The translations under genes were made by a program, and so were the position numbers. Below are positions 1 through 9,826 of a stretch of DNA of 45,408 nucleotides, piece after piece. The notes below the pieces were generated by a model. It was not told where the DNA came from. It did no database searches and saw nothing but the letters and a program-made list of their open reading frames with translations. Location: assembly GCA_045224495.1 (NCBI GenBank), contig JBGVAK010000025.1, forward strand, positions 1 to 45,408, read 5' to 3'. The first letter of the stretch is position 1. Each line of letters starts with the position of its first letter. This DNA comes from Christensenellales bacterium (lineage in GTDB: Bacteria; Bacillota; Clostridia; Christensenellales; CAG-138).

Positions 1-1602
1 GGGGTCGATGCCGTTGCCCAGGGACTTGCTCATCTTCCGGCCCAGGCTGTCCCGCACGAGGCCGTGGATGTACACGTTCTCGAAGGGAGGCTTTTTCATG
101 ACCTCCATGCCGAAGGTGATCATGCGGCTCACCCAGAAGGTGATGATGTCGTAGCCGGTCACCAACGTGCTGGTGGGATAGAAGTATTCGAGCTCTGCCG
201 TCTTTTCCGGCCAGCCCAGGGTGGAGAAAGGCCAGAGGCCGGAGGAGAACCAGGTATCCAGCACGTCCTCGTCCTGCCGCAGCTTCCCCCCGCAGGTGGG
301 GCACTTTTCAGGCGCTTCCTCCTCGCAGAACACGCCGCCGCAGTCGTCGCAATAATACACGGGGATCCGATGGCCCCACCAAAGCTGGCGAGAGATACAC
401 CAGTCCCGGATGTTCTCCATCCAGTTGAAGTAGGGCTTGCTGAATCGCTCGGGGATGAACTTCACCTGGCCGGAGCGCACCGCCTCCAAGGCGGGCTCCG
501 TCAAGGGCTTCATGTCCACGAACCACTGCTTGGACACGATGGTCTCGATGGTGGTGTGGCAGCGATAGCAGGTGCCCACGTTGTGGGTATAGTCCTCGAT
601 CTTCACCAGGTTACCGCTCTTTTCAAGGTCCGCCACGATATTCTTGCGGCACTCGAAGCGCTCCTGACCGCAGTATTGGCCGCCGTTCTCGTTGATATAG
701 CCCTTCTCGTCGAACACCTTCAGGATGGGCAGACCGTGCCGCTGGCCCACCTCGAAGTCGTTGGGGTCGTGGGCGGGGGTGATCTTCACGGCGCCGGTGC
801 CGAACTCCATCTCGCAGTACTCGTCGCCCACGATGGGGATCTCCCGGTTCACCAACGGCAGGATGACCGTCTTGCCGATGATGTCCTTATACCGCTCGTC
901 CTCCGGGTTCACGGCGATGGCCGTATCGCCCAGCATGGTCTCGGGCCGGGTGGTGGCCACGGTGATGGAATAGGACTTGTCGGGGGCGTCGTAGCGGATG
1001 TGCCAGAGGTGGCTCTGCTGGGTCTCGTACTCCACCTCGGCGTCGGACAGGGCCGTCTTGCAGTCGGGGCACCAGTTGATGATGCGGTCGCCCCGATAGA
1101 TGAGCTTCTTATCGTAAAGGGATTTGAAGACCTTGACCACGGCCTTGTTGCAGCCCTCGTCCATGGTGAACCTCTCCCTCGCCCAGTCGCAGGAGGAGCC
1201 CATTTTGCGCAGCTGCTTGACGATGGTGGAGCCGTACTCCTCCCGCCATTGCCAGGCACGCTTCAAAAAGCCCTCCCGGCCCACGTCCTTCTTGGTGAGT
1301 CCTTCCTCCGCCAGGGCTTCCACGATCTTCACCTCGGTGGCGATGGAGGCGTGGTCCGTACCAGGGAGCCACAGCATCTCGTACCCGGCCATGCGCTTGT
1401 AGCGGGCGATGGCGTCCTGCAGGGTGTTGTCGAGGGCGTGGCCCATGTGGAGCTTGCCCGTGATGTTGGGAGGCGGGATCACGATGGTGAACGGGGTCTT
1501 GTTGGGGTTCGGTTCCGCGTGGAAGTAGCCCTTCTTCTCCCACTGCTCGTACCATTTGCTCTCCACGATCTGATGATCGTAGGTCTTCGGCATCTCTTTC
1601 AT
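1..1602 (-). CDS. valS: Valine--tRNA ligase (5' part; runs off the left edge)
   Basis: Manual translation from ATG at 1602 gives [18 protein letters not shown]...[15 protein letters not shown] (HIGH-type motif)...[12 protein letters not shown] at the window edge. Absent from the ORF track because no stop codon lies in the window. Confidence 0.97.
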   Translation of the reverse strand, partial: MKEMPKTYDHQIVESKWYEQWEKKGYFHAEPNPNKTPFTIVIPPPNITGKLHMGHALDNTLQDAIARYKRMAGYEMLWLPGTDHASIATEVKIVEALAEEGLTKKDVGREGFLKRAWQWREEYGSTIVKQLRKMGSSCDWARERFTMDEGCNKAVVKVFKSLYDKKLIYRGDRIINWCPDCKTALSDAEVEYETQQSHLWHIRYDAPDKSYSITVATTRPETMLGDTAIAVNPEDERYKDIIGKTVILPLVNREIPIVGDEYCEMEFGTGAVKITPAHDPNDFEVGQRHGLPILKVFDEKGYINENGGQYCGQERFECRKNIVADLEKSGNLVKIEDYTHNVGTCYRCHTTIETIVSKQWFVDMKPLTEPALEAVRSGQVKFIPERFSKPYFNWMENIRDWCISRQLWWGHRIPVYYCDDCGGVFCEEEAPEKCPTCGGKLRQDEDVLDTWFSSGLWPFSTLGWPEKTAELEYFYPTSTLVTGYDIITFWVSRMITFGMEVMKKPPFENVYIHGLVRDSLGRKMSKSLGNGIDP

Positions 1603-1616
1603 ACGCTTCTCCTCTC

Positions 1617-1860
1617 GAAAAACAAATCGCCCGCTTCGTCAAAGGACGAAGCGGGCGCTCGCGGTACCACCTTTGTTAAACGGAGTCTCCCCCGTTTCCC
1701 TCAAAGCCATAACGCAGCGTCTGCGTGCGGCACTACTGACCTATCGGCTTTCGCGCCACAGGGCTAAAAAGCGACCTTCCACCGGATCTCCACAGCGCTC
1801 TTGCAGCATCTGAGCGCCTCTCTGAGAGGAAACGGGGTGTACTCCTCTTTCTCACAGCCC
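1617..1860 (-). promoter_or_regulatory. T-box riboswitch leader of valS, with GUC (Val) specifier and terminator/antiterminator
   Basis: Minus strand shows Stem I with AGTA, CAGAGA and GCTG motifs; specifier loop GAAG-GTC (1775-1773); T-box AAGGTGGTACCGCG (1673-1660); terminator hairpin 1628-1657 followed by a T-rich tail. Confidence 0.93.
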
Positions 1861-1872
1861 ATATTTGCGATG

Positions 1873-1901
1873 ATTTTACTCCCCGAGGGAAGCTTTGTCA
1901 A
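1873..1901 (-). promoter_or_regulatory. Sigma-A-type promoter for the T-box/valS transcript
   Basis: TTGACA-N17-TAAAAT just upstream of T-box Stem I; the -35 overlaps the stop codon of the upstream gene. Confidence 0.8.
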
Positions 1902-3316
1902 CCTCGATTTCGGTAGAAGCTGACCATATATTCTTTCAACGCCTCGAAAGGCGCAGGACCGGCGGCCAGGTAATCCCGCAGGAACTGCTCCTCGCTGGGG
2001 CAGCCAGCGTCCAAGGCGGCCTGGCAGATGTCCAGGTAACGATAGTATCCGTAGGAGGCTACCAGACCTTCAAAGGGGTCGGACATAGCCTTTCCATAGA
2101 GGTAATCCGTAAAATCCTCCGCGCCCCAGGTCTTGAGATATGCCGCCAGGTCCGTCGGGGAATAGCCGTAGTAGTGGATAAGCAAGGCGGAAAGGCCCGT
2201 CAACGTCACGGTCAGCATATCTTCATACCAGCGATACTGCACGTAGTCCAGACCAAAATCAGTCAGATAGGGGGTCACGGCATAGGACGTATGGACAGCC
2301 AGACCCGCCAAATACCCGTCTGGCGCATTGGCCCAGCGCGCCTGCTGCGTCTCGGCGCTGTGAGCTGCATAGGCGTTCAGGAACGCCATGCCGGGGTAAT
2401 AGTGGAAGGCCAGGGTCATAAGGTCCATATCCTCCGCCCCCTCACGGACTACGGGCTGGGGCAGTGAGGATCCGTCAGGCAACGGGCACAGCTCCTCCGT
2501 GACGCGGCACAGGAAGTCCATGTTCTGCGCATAGCTCCCGAAGGAGATGGGCTCTTTCTTTCGAGCAGCTTCCGGATCCGCCTTCAGAGCGGTGCCGATG
2601 GCGTAAGCCTCCGTCTGCGTCAGGTCCTCCAAATCGTTGAACAGATCTCGCGGCGCCACGGACTCCCCCATGTATCGGCCCAAAGCGGCCAAATAATCCC
2701 TGGCTGCTTCGGGACCCAGTTCGAAGAAAGCGACTGTCCTCTCCTCCATCCCCAAGATATCCTGCAACAGAGCAGCCAAAGCGTCGGCATACGCCGTCAA
2801 GGGCAGATCTGCTCCTTCTCCCGGACACGCCTCATAGGCAGCCTGCAGGGCATCCAGCATATCCTGTTCCATAAACCGCTTCAGAGCGTCGATCGTTTTC
2901 TCCTTACGATCCGCTGTCAGCGTCCGCCCTTCGTCGGAGAGGGCAAGGAGGCCCTTATGCAACGCGTCCACGCGATCGATAATGGCTTGAAAACGGGCAA
3001 AAAAGTCGGCTTTAGTAAGAGTTTGGTCCGCCAGGAGGCCATGGATCAAAGATACCACGGGCTCCCCGTCCTGGGAGAGGAGCTCCTCCGGAAAACATAC
3101 GGTCTGACCGTCCACGGGTGCATAGGTTGCCAGCGCCGGCCGTGGCGTCGCCGTAGGCGTCGGCGTGGTGGGTTCCGCTGTGTATGTGGCCGTCGGTGTT
3201 GCGGAAATCGTGGGCGCCGTCGTATGCGCTTGCGTCTCTTGACGGGGCGTCAGATTTCTTTGTCCACAGCCTAAAAGGAGCGACAAAGCTATCAAAATAC
3301 AGATCACACGCTTCAT
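1898..3316 (-). CDS. Lipoprotein, DUF885-like with degenerate metal-binding motifs
   Basis: Lipobox LLLGC and a Thr/Pro linker. C-terminal segments TLAFHYYPGM, GYLAGLAV, IHYYGYS and YLAAGPAPFEALKEY resemble DUF885 motifs. Confidence 0.6.
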   Translation of the reverse strand: MKRVICILIALSLLLGCGQRNLTPRQETQAHTTAPTISATPTATYTAEPTTPTPTATPRPALATYAPVDGQTVCFPEELLSQDGEPVVSLIHGLLADQTLTKADFFARFQAIIDRVDALHKGLLALSDEGRTLTADRKEKTIDALKRFMEQDMLDALQAAYEACPGEGADLPLTAYADALAALLQDILGMEERTVAFFELGPEAARDYLAALGRYMGESVAPRDLFNDLEDLTQTEAYAIGTALKADPEAARKKEPISFGSYAQNMDFLCRVTEELCPLPDGSSLPQPVVREGAEDMDLMTLAFHYYPGMAFLNAYAAHSAETQQARWANAPDGYLAGLAVHTSYAVTPYLTDFGLDYVQYRWYEDMLTVTLTGLSALLIHYYGYSPTDLAAYLKTWGAEDFTDYLYGKAMSDPFEGLVASYGYYRYLDICQAALDAGCPSEEQFLRDYLAAGPAPFEALKEYMVSFYRNRG

Positions 3317-4251
3317 CTTTCTTCCTCCACAGGCAGGGGAAAGTCCCCCGGATAGCCAAGCCGGTGTACAGCGCGCTGCATATCCTCCGGCAGCGGCGCC
3401 ACGAAGGACATGTGCTCCCCTGTCGCCGGGTGTGCAAGCTGCAGCCGCCAGCCATGAAGGGCCTGTCCCTCCATGCCCAGGGCGTTTTTGCCGCTTGAAT
3501 ATACCTGGTCCCCCACCACCGGATGGTGGATGTGGGCCATGTGTACGCGGATCTGATGGGTCCGGCCCGTCTCCAGTTCCAAAGCAAGGACGGTCACGCT
3601 GGAAAACCGATACAGCACCCGATAGTGGGTCACAGCCCGACGCCCGTTCTCCACCACCGCCATGCGCTTGCGCTCCGTGGGGTGACGGCCGATGGGCGCG
3701 TCCACGGTGCCGGAATCCTCCTTGATGTTCCCCGCCACCAGAGCGATATAGCTTCGATGGGCGGAGTGATCGGCGAACTGCTTCGCCAACCGTTCGTGAG
3801 CGAGGTCGTTCTTGGCTACCACCAAGAGGCCGCTGGTCATCTTGTCGATGCGATGGACGATGCCGGGTCGGATCTCCCCGCCGATGGTGGAAAGATCGCC
3901 GAAGTGGTATAAAAGGGCGTTCACCAGGGTGCCCGACTCGTTCCCCACGGCCGGATGGACCACCATGCCCCTGGGCTTGTTCACCACGCAGATGTCTCCG
4001 TCCTCATACACGATGTCCAGGGGGATATCCTCGGGCAAAAGTTCCACGGGCTTAGCTTCCGGCACCGTATACCGGATCACGTCCCCAGGCCGCACCCCGT
4101 CCTTCTGACGGCAGGGAGAACCGTTGACCGTGACCGATCCTTCTTCGATCAGGGCCTGGGCCCGGGACCGGGACAGGTCTGTCACGTCCGACAGGCACAG
4201 GTCCAGTCGGCGGTACTCCTTATCTGCGATGAACAGCTCCTCGTTATTCAT
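3313..4251 (-). CDS. rluD: RluA/RluD-family 23S rRNA pseudouridine synthase
   Basis: N-terminal S4 domain; motifs VVNKPRGMVVHP, HRIDKMTSGL and LETGRTHQIRVH. Confidence 0.92.
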   Translation of the reverse strand: MNNEELFIADKEYRRLDLCLSDVTDLSRSRAQALIEEGSVTVNGSPCRQKDGVRPGDVIRYTVPEAKPVELLPEDIPLDIVYEDGDICVVNKPRGMVVHPAVGNESGTLVNALLYHFGDLSTIGGEIRPGIVHRIDKMTSGLLVVAKNDLAHERLAKQFADHSAHRSYIALVAGNIKEDSGTVDAPIGRHPTERKRMAVVENGRRAVTHYRVLYRFSSVTVLALELETGRTHQIRVHMAHIHHPVVGDQVYSSGKNALGMEGQALHGWRLQLAHPATGEHMSFVAPLPEDMQRAVHRLGYPGDFPLPVEEER

Positions 4252-4753
4252 CCGTTGCCTGTTTGCCCTTTCTGGGGAGGCAATCCTCCATCAGGTCGAA
4301 GGTGGTGGCCTTGCCCCTCACGAAAAACGTTTCGATCACCAGCAGACAGGCCGCGATGGTGATGGCGCTGTCCGCTACATTGAAAACGGGAAAATTGATG
4401 AGACTGAAGTAGATCATGTCCCGCACATACCCCAAAAGAGCTCGGTCGATCAGATTTCCCACAGCGCCGGAGAACAGCAGAGCCAAAATAACGCGGGTGA
4501 GGACGGTCATGTCCTTCCGCTTCTTTTGGTAGAACCAGATGAGGACGACCAGAAAGAGGCAGGTGGCGAGAAGGAATATGATCCGCCAGCCCTGCATGAG
4601 CCCCCAGACAGCGCCCCGGTTCTCCAGGTACGTCAATTCCAGCGCTCCCGGGATCAGCACTATCGGCGCATCGCTCAGGATCTTCTCCGCCCAGATCTTC
4701 GTGCCCTGATCCAGGACGAGGATCAGTATAGCCAACACAAATTCCAATTCCAT
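4244..4753 (-). CDS. lspA: Lipoprotein signal peptidase II
   Basis: Motifs DQGTK, NRGAVWG, GNLIDR, VRDMI and FNVAD; start reassigned to ATG 4753 (MELEFVL). Confidence 0.95.
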   Translation of the reverse strand: MELEFVLAILILVLDQGTKIWAEKILSDAPIVLIPGALELTYLENRGAVWGLMQGWRIIFLLATCLFLVVLIWFYQKKRKDMTVLTRVILALLFSGAVGNLIDRALLGYVRDMIYFSLINFPVFNVADSAITIAACLLVIETFFVRGKATTFDLMEDCLPRKGKQATDE

Positions 4754-4754
4754 G

Positions 4755-5363
4755 TCACTTCTCTCCGTTCTTGGCTGCCAGCTCCGGGTACAGCCGTTCA
4801 TAGACGCCTCGGGCGCTCTCTACTCGGCCCACGTACTTGCTGGTCTCAGGATAGGGGATGTACAGGATGGACCCGTCCTCCTTGGTGCCGTACTCCTTCA
4901 GCCACTGCCGCACCCGGCCGGGGCCCGCGTTGTAGGCGGCCAGGGCCACGCTCTCCGTCTTGAACTCGTCCAGGAGCTTTCTGAGATAGTTGCAGCCCAG
5001 GCGGATGTTTAGCGACGGCTCCGTGAGCCGCTCCTGCGTCACGCCCTCGATGGCCAGCAGTTCCGCCTCCTCCAGGCCCGTGGCGGGCATAAGCTGCATC
5101 AACCCCAAAGCGCCTACGCTGCTTTTGGCCTCGGGATGGAACGCGCTTTCCGTGAAGATCACACCGCATACCAGATAGGGATCCAGATCGAACTCCTTGG
5201 CTGAAGACAGGATATCCGACTCGTATGACAGCTTATATTTCGACCGCAGCAGGGCCGGGCGAACGTAGAGGAAATAGCCCCCCAGCAGAGCGGCCAGGAG
5301 GAGCAGGGCCAGCAGAGCGCTGATCAGTTTATGGTCGTCGACCCAGAGTTTCCAAGAGCTCAT
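4755..5363 (-). CDS. Membrane-anchored lytic transglycosylase (SLT domain)
   Basis: N-terminal TM helix; motifs ESAF, GALGLMQLMP, AAYNAGPG and ETSKYV; typical neighbour of coaE; start at ATG 5363. Confidence 0.9.
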   Translation of the reverse strand: MSSWKLWVDDHKLISALLALLLLAALLGGYFLYVRPALLRSKYKLSYESDILSSAKEFDLDPYLVCGVIFTESAFHPEAKSSVGALGLMQLMPATGLEEAELLAIEGVTQERLTEPSLNIRLGCNYLRKLLDEFKTESVALAAYNAGPGRVRQWLKEYGTKEDGSILYIPYPETSKYVGRVESARGVYERLYPELAAKNGEK

Positions 5364-5952
5364 CGAATACTTCCTTCGTTCTTTGTTCCAACTCCTCTCG
5401 GGAGCCGTTGTTGCGAATGACCAGATCCGCCCGCCGGACCTTCTCCCGATCCGGCATCTGGGCGCGGATGCGCCTGAGGGCTGCAGCCCGGGTGGAGCCG
5501 TCCCGCGCCACGATTCGCTGGATGCGCAGGTCCTGACGGGCTGTGACAACCACCGTCTTAGCGCAGTCCCGGTCGTATCCCGTCTCGAACAGCAGCGGCA
5601 CGTCCCACACGATCAACCGATCCGGCGATTCCGCGAACGCTTGCTCAGACATTCTTTGGATGGTCTCCCGCACATAGGGATGGATGATGCCGTTGAGGGT
5701 GGCCAGAAGCGCCTGATCGGAAAAGACCAGGGCCGCCACCTTCTTTCGATCCACGGTCCCGTCAGCGCAGAGTATGCCTCGTCCGAAGGCTGCCACGGTC
5801 CGTTCGTAGCAGGCTGTGCCCGGGTCCAGGGCGTGGCGGGAGATCTCGTCCCCATCTGCCACGAAAGCGCCCCAGGTTCGAAAGAACCCGGCTACGGTGG
5901 ATTTTCCGGAGGCGATGCCTCCTGTGAGCCCGATAGGTGCGAACGTGATCAT
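5329..5952 (-). CDS. coaE: Dephospho-CoA kinase
   Basis: P-loop GLTGGIASGKST, plus IIHPYV and DVPLLFE; ATG 5952 overlaps the polA stop. Confidence 0.95.
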   Translation of the reverse strand: MITFAPIGLTGGIASGKSTVAGFFRTWGAFVADGDEISRHALDPGTACYERTVAAFGRGILCADGTVDRKKVAALVFSDQALLATLNGIIHPYVRETIQRMSEQAFAESPDRLIVWDVPLLFETGYDRDCAKTVVVTARQDLRIQRIVARDGSTRAAALRRIRAQMPDREKVRRADLVIRNNGSREELEQRTKEVFDELLETLGRRP

Positions 5953-8510
5953 TTCGTATCGTACCAACTCTTTCCCGTGGCCGCCTCGGCGATCAGGCGC
6001 ACCTTCAGATCCGCCACCTGCTCCATGCAGGTCTCCATGAGCTTTCGGACGGCCTCCGCCTCCCCCTCCGGGGCGTCCACGATCAGTTCGTCGTGGATCT
6101 GCAGCACCAGCCGCCCCTTCAGGCCCGCCTCACGCAAAGCCTTGTCCACATGGACCATGGCGATCTTGATGATGTCTGCGGCGCTGCCTTGGATGGGCAT
6201 GTTCATGGCCACCCGTTCGCCGAAGCTCCGGGTGTTGTAACTGCTGCTCTTGAGCTCCGGCATGGGACGGCGTCGGCCGTAGATGGTCTCAGCGTACCCC
6301 TTCTCCTTCGCTTCCGCCACGCAATTCTTCAAATACGCCTGCACGTCGGGGTACCGCTCAAAGTAACGCTTTATATAGCTGCCCGCCGTCTTCACGGGGA
6401 TGCCCAGGTTTTGGGCGAGGCCGAAGTCGGAGATGCCGTAGACGATGCCGAAGTTCACGGCCTTGGCGGCGCTTCGCTGCTCTTTGGTCACCTCGTCAAA
6501 GGGGGTATGGAACACCTCCGCCGCCGTGCGCCGATGGATATCTGCGCCGGAGCGGAAGGCGTCGATCAAATTCTCGTCCCCGCTGATGTGGGCCAGGAGC
6601 CGAAGCTCGATTTGAGAGTAGTCCGCCCCTACCAGCACGTTGCCCGGAGACGCCACGAAAGCCTTGCGGATCTCCCGTCCCTCCGTCGTGCGCACGGGGA
6701 TGTTTTGGAGATTGGGCTCCGCGCTGGAGATGCGGCCCGTGGCGGTGACGCACTGCTTGAAGCTGGTATGGACCCGACCGTCGGCTGCGATAGACTTGAT
6801 AAGCCCCTCCACGAAGGTGGCGTCCACCTTGGCCACGAAGCGGTATTCGGTGATGAGCGGCACGATGGGGTGACGGTCCTTGATGGCCTCCAGAGTGTCG
6901 CTGTCCGTGGAGTAGCCGGTCTTGTTCTTCTTTTGGGGCGGCAGGCCCAGTTTTTCAAAAAGGATGGCGCCCAGCTGCTTGGTGGAAAGGATGTTGAACC
7001 GCTCTCCCGCCTGTTCATATATCTCCTCCGCCAACTCCGTCTGCCGCCGGGAGAAGGTCTCGTGAAGCTCCGTCAGCACGGACTTGTCCAGGGCGAACCC
7101 AATGCTCTCCATGGAGAAGAGTACGTCAGCGAGAGGCATCTCCACCTCGTCGTAGAGGAAGCCCATGTCCTTTTCCCGAAGCTCCGCCATCATCTGCTCC
7201 TCCAAGGGGAACAGGAGCCCCGCCGTGGGGGTCTTGCTGTTCAGCCGCTCGAAGCAGAGGGCGGCGAAGCTGTCGATGGGGTGGTTGCTGTTGAGGAGGT
7301 AGTCGGCGATCATGGCGTCGAAGGCCACAGGGCACGGCGCTATTCCGTCCTCCCGCCAGGCATGGAGCAAAGCCTTCTTATCGAAGGTCAGAACCTTTTG
7401 AGGCTGAGCTGCAAACAGTACCTCCAGCAGCTCCTGCCGGGTCACGGGCTCGTCGAAAAGGGTATTGCCTGTGATGAACTGATAGGACCGTTGCCCGTCG
7501 TAGGCGAAAGAGAATCCGGGGGACAGGATCAGCGCCAGGACCTCCGCCCGCTGGTGATCGCGAACGATCTCTCTGACGGCGTCCAGGGTGGTGAGCTCTA
7601 CCGTTTCACAGGCAACGGTTTCCACCTGTTCCTTGACCTCTGCCGCGGCAGGCAGGCGGGACAGGATGCTTCGTAACCCCAGCTTCTCCAGGGTCTCCCG
7701 GGCGCCGGACAGCTTCTCGGGATCGAACCGGCAGTCCTTCAGCTCCGTCTCCACAGGAGCTTTAGTGGTAATGGTCCCCAGCCAATAGCTCAACCTGGCA
7801 GACGCTTCGTTCTCCCGCACCCGCTCGCCCAGCTTTCCCTTGATCTCGTCCTGATGGGCGTACACGCCGTCCAGATCGCCGTAGCTCTCCAGGAGCTTCA
7901 ACGCCGTCTTCTCCCCCACGCCCGGCACGCCTGGAATGTTGTCGGAGGAGTCTCCCATGAGGGCCTTCAGATCCCGCATATGATCCGCCGTCAGGCCATA
8001 GACCTCTTTCAACGTCTCAGGGTCATACTCCACCGTGTCGGTGATGCCCTTTTTGGTGAGCAGCACATGGGTGTGGTCCGTAGTGAGCTGCAGGGCGTCC
8101 CGATCCCCGGTGACCAGCAGCACGTCGAGGCCCGCCTGCTCCGCCCGACGGGACAGGGTCCCCAGGATGTCGTCCGCCTCGTAGGAGGGGCACTCCACCA
8201 CGGCGATACCCATCTCACGCAGAATGTCCTTCAGAATGGGCATCTGGGTCCTTAGGTCGTCCGGCGTAGGCCTGCGGCCCGCCTTGTATTCGTCGTACTT
8301 CAGGTGCCGGAAGGTGGGCCCGTGGACGTCGAAGGCCACGGCCACGTGGCTGGGTTTTCGATCGATGAGCTTCAGCAGCATGCCGAGAAAACCGTGCAGC
8401 GCGCCGGTGGGCGTGCCGTCCCGGCTGTTCATGGGGGATTGCAGGGCGAAGAAGGCCCGATACATCAGGCTGTTCCCGTCGATAATGATAAAGGGATGGT
8501 CCATGCTCAC
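5949..8510 (-). CDS. polA: DNA polymerase I
   Basis: 5'-3' exonuclease motifs (IDGNSLMYRAFFA, EADD, GDSSDNIPGV) and polymerase motifs (DYSQIELR, KAVNFGIVYG, QIHDEL). Confidence 0.98.
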   Translation of the reverse strand: MSMDHPFIIIDGNSLMYRAFFALQSPMNSRDGTPTGALHGFLGMLLKLIDRKPSHVAVAFDVHGPTFRHLKYDEYKAGRRPTPDDLRTQMPILKDILREMGIAVVECPSYEADDILGTLSRRAEQAGLDVLLVTGDRDALQLTTDHTHVLLTKKGITDTVEYDPETLKEVYGLTADHMRDLKALMGDSSDNIPGVPGVGEKTALKLLESYGDLDGVYAHQDEIKGKLGERVRENEASARLSYWLGTITTKAPVETELKDCRFDPEKLSGARETLEKLGLRSILSRLPAAAEVKEQVETVACETVELTTLDAVREIVRDHQRAEVLALILSPGFSFAYDGQRSYQFITGNTLFDEPVTRQELLEVLFAAQPQKVLTFDKKALLHAWREDGIAPCPVAFDAMIADYLLNSNHPIDSFAALCFERLNSKTPTAGLLFPLEEQMMAELREKDMGFLYDEVEMPLADVLFSMESIGFALDKSVLTELHETFSRRQTELAEEIYEQAGERFNILSTKQLGAILFEKLGLPPQKKNKTGYSTDSDTLEAIKDRHPIVPLITEYRFVAKVDATFVEGLIKSIAADGRVHTSFKQCVTATGRISSAEPNLQNIPVRTTEGREIRKAFVASPGNVLVGADYSQIELRLLAHISGDENLIDAFRSGADIHRRTAAEVFHTPFDEVTKEQRSAAKAVNFGIVYGISDFGLAQNLGIPVKTAGSYIKRYFERYPDVQAYLKNCVAEAKEKGYAETIYGRRRPMPELKSSSYNTRSFGERVAMNMPIQGSAADIIKIAMVHVDKALREAGLKGRLVLQIHDELIVDAPEGEAEAVRKLMETCMEQVADLKVRLIAEAATGKSWYDTK

Positions 8511-9826
8511 TCCTTTACGATGGCGTATACGAGAGGTGACGGCGCGGGCTTCTCGGCGGAAATGGTCATGCTCTCATGGAGCAGGTCCACAGCCTCCTCA
8601 AGATGGCTTTCGTCGTTCACATACAGGGTGCAGAAGGGCTCCTCCGTCGATACGGCGTCGCCTACCCGCTTGTGCATGACGAGGCCTACCGCCGGATCGA
8701 TGGTGTCCTCCTTCTTCGCGCGGCCGGCCCCCAACATCTGGGAGGCGACGCCGATCTTCTCCGCCACCAGGCCGGCAAGATAACCGTCCTGCAGGGGGTA
8801 TACCTCCACCAGCTTGCGGACCCTGCATAGCTCCTTGATCCGCTCCGCGTCTATATAGGCAGGATCGCCGCCCATGGCTCCGATCATGCGGCGGAGTTTC
8901 TCAAGGCCAGCCCCGGAACGCAGGGCCTTCAGGAGCTTTTCCTTCCCCTCCGCCTCGGTGGCGACGATGTCGCTGAGCATAAGCATGTGAGCGCCTAAAA
9001 GGAGGCTCACCTCCACCAAAGGTTCATTCTCCGGTACCAAGCCGGAGAGGACGTTCACAGCCTCCTGCACCTCCAGGGCGTTGCCCACGGCCAGGCCCAA
9101 AGGCTGGTTCATATCGGTGATGATGGCCTCGCAGCGGCGGCCCAGGTGAGCGCCGATGCGCACCATCAGCGAAGCCAGCTTCTTCGCGTCCTCCACCGTG
9201 CGCATGAACGCGCCGGACCCTACCTTCACGTCCAAAACGATGGCGTCCGCCCCGGCGGCCAGCTTCTTGCTCATAACGCTGGAAGCGATGAGAGGCGTGC
9301 TGCCGATGGTAGCCGTCACGTCCCTGAGGGCATAGAGCTTCTTATCGGCGGGGACCAGGTTCCCGGACTGGCCGATGACGGCGAGGCCGTTGTCCCGCAC
9401 GATGTCCATGAACCGGTCCAGGGGCTGTTCGATATTCACGCCGGGGATGGATTCCAGCTTGTCCAGCGTGCCGCCTGTGTGCCCCAGGCCCCGGCCGGAC
9501 ATCTTGGCCACCGTGCCGCCGCAGGCCGCCACCAAAGGGGCTACGATCAGCGTGGTGGTGTCGCCCACGCCGCCGGTGGAATGCTTGTCCACTTTGATGC
9601 CTTTCAGGGGCGACAGATCCACCGTGTCCCCGCTGTGCATCATCACATCGGTGAGGATGGCGGTCTCCCTGTCCGTCATGCCGCGGAATACCACCGCCAT
9701 GAGGAAGGCGGCCACCTGGTAGTCGGGGACCTGCTCCTTCACATAGCCTAAGATCAGCTCCTCGATCTCCTCTCGGGTCAGTTCTCCGCCGTCCCGCTTC
9801 TTCTCGATAATATCGACGATGCGCAT
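8507..9826 (-). CDS. pdp: Pyrimidine-nucleoside/thymidine phosphorylase
   Basis: Motifs DKHSTGGVGD, KMSGRGLGHTGGTLDKLE and YALRDVT. Confidence 0.95.
   Translation of the reverse strand: MRIVDIIEKKRDGGELTREEIEELILGYVKEQVPDYQVAAFLMAVVFRGMTDRETAILTDVMMHSGDTVDLSPLKGIKVDKHSTGGVGDTTTLIVAPLVAACGGTVAKMSGRGLGHTGGTLDKLESIPGVNIEQPLDRFMDIVRDNGLAVIGQSGNLVPADKKLYALRDVTATIGSTPLIASSVMSKKLAAGADAIVLDVKVGSGAFMRTVEDAKKLASLMVRIGAHLGRRCEAIITDMNQPLGLAVGNALEVQEAVNVLSGLVPENEPLVEVSLLLGAHMLMLSDIVATEAEGKEKLLKALRSGAGLEKLRRMIGAMGGDPAYIDAERIKELCRVRKLVEVYPLQDGYLAGLVAEKIGVASQMLGAGRAKKEDTIDPAVGLVMHKRVGDAVSTEEPFCTLYVNDESHLEEAVDLLHESMTISAEKPAPSPLVYAIVKE

Noticed and set aside
64-1767. 567-aa plus-strand ORF
   Set aside because: Antisense shadow of valS; long stop-free antisense frames are expected with GC-biased codon usage.
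7000-7650. PolA lacking evident 3'-5' exonuclease motifs
   Set aside because: A degenerate proofreading domain is normal for Bacillota Pol I.
6093-7676. Long antisense ORFs (also 15285-16745, 16910-18382, 19696-21135, 32378-34144, 41580-43292, 43394-44872)
   Set aside because: Each mirrors a well-supported gene on the opposite strand and shows no recognisable motifs.
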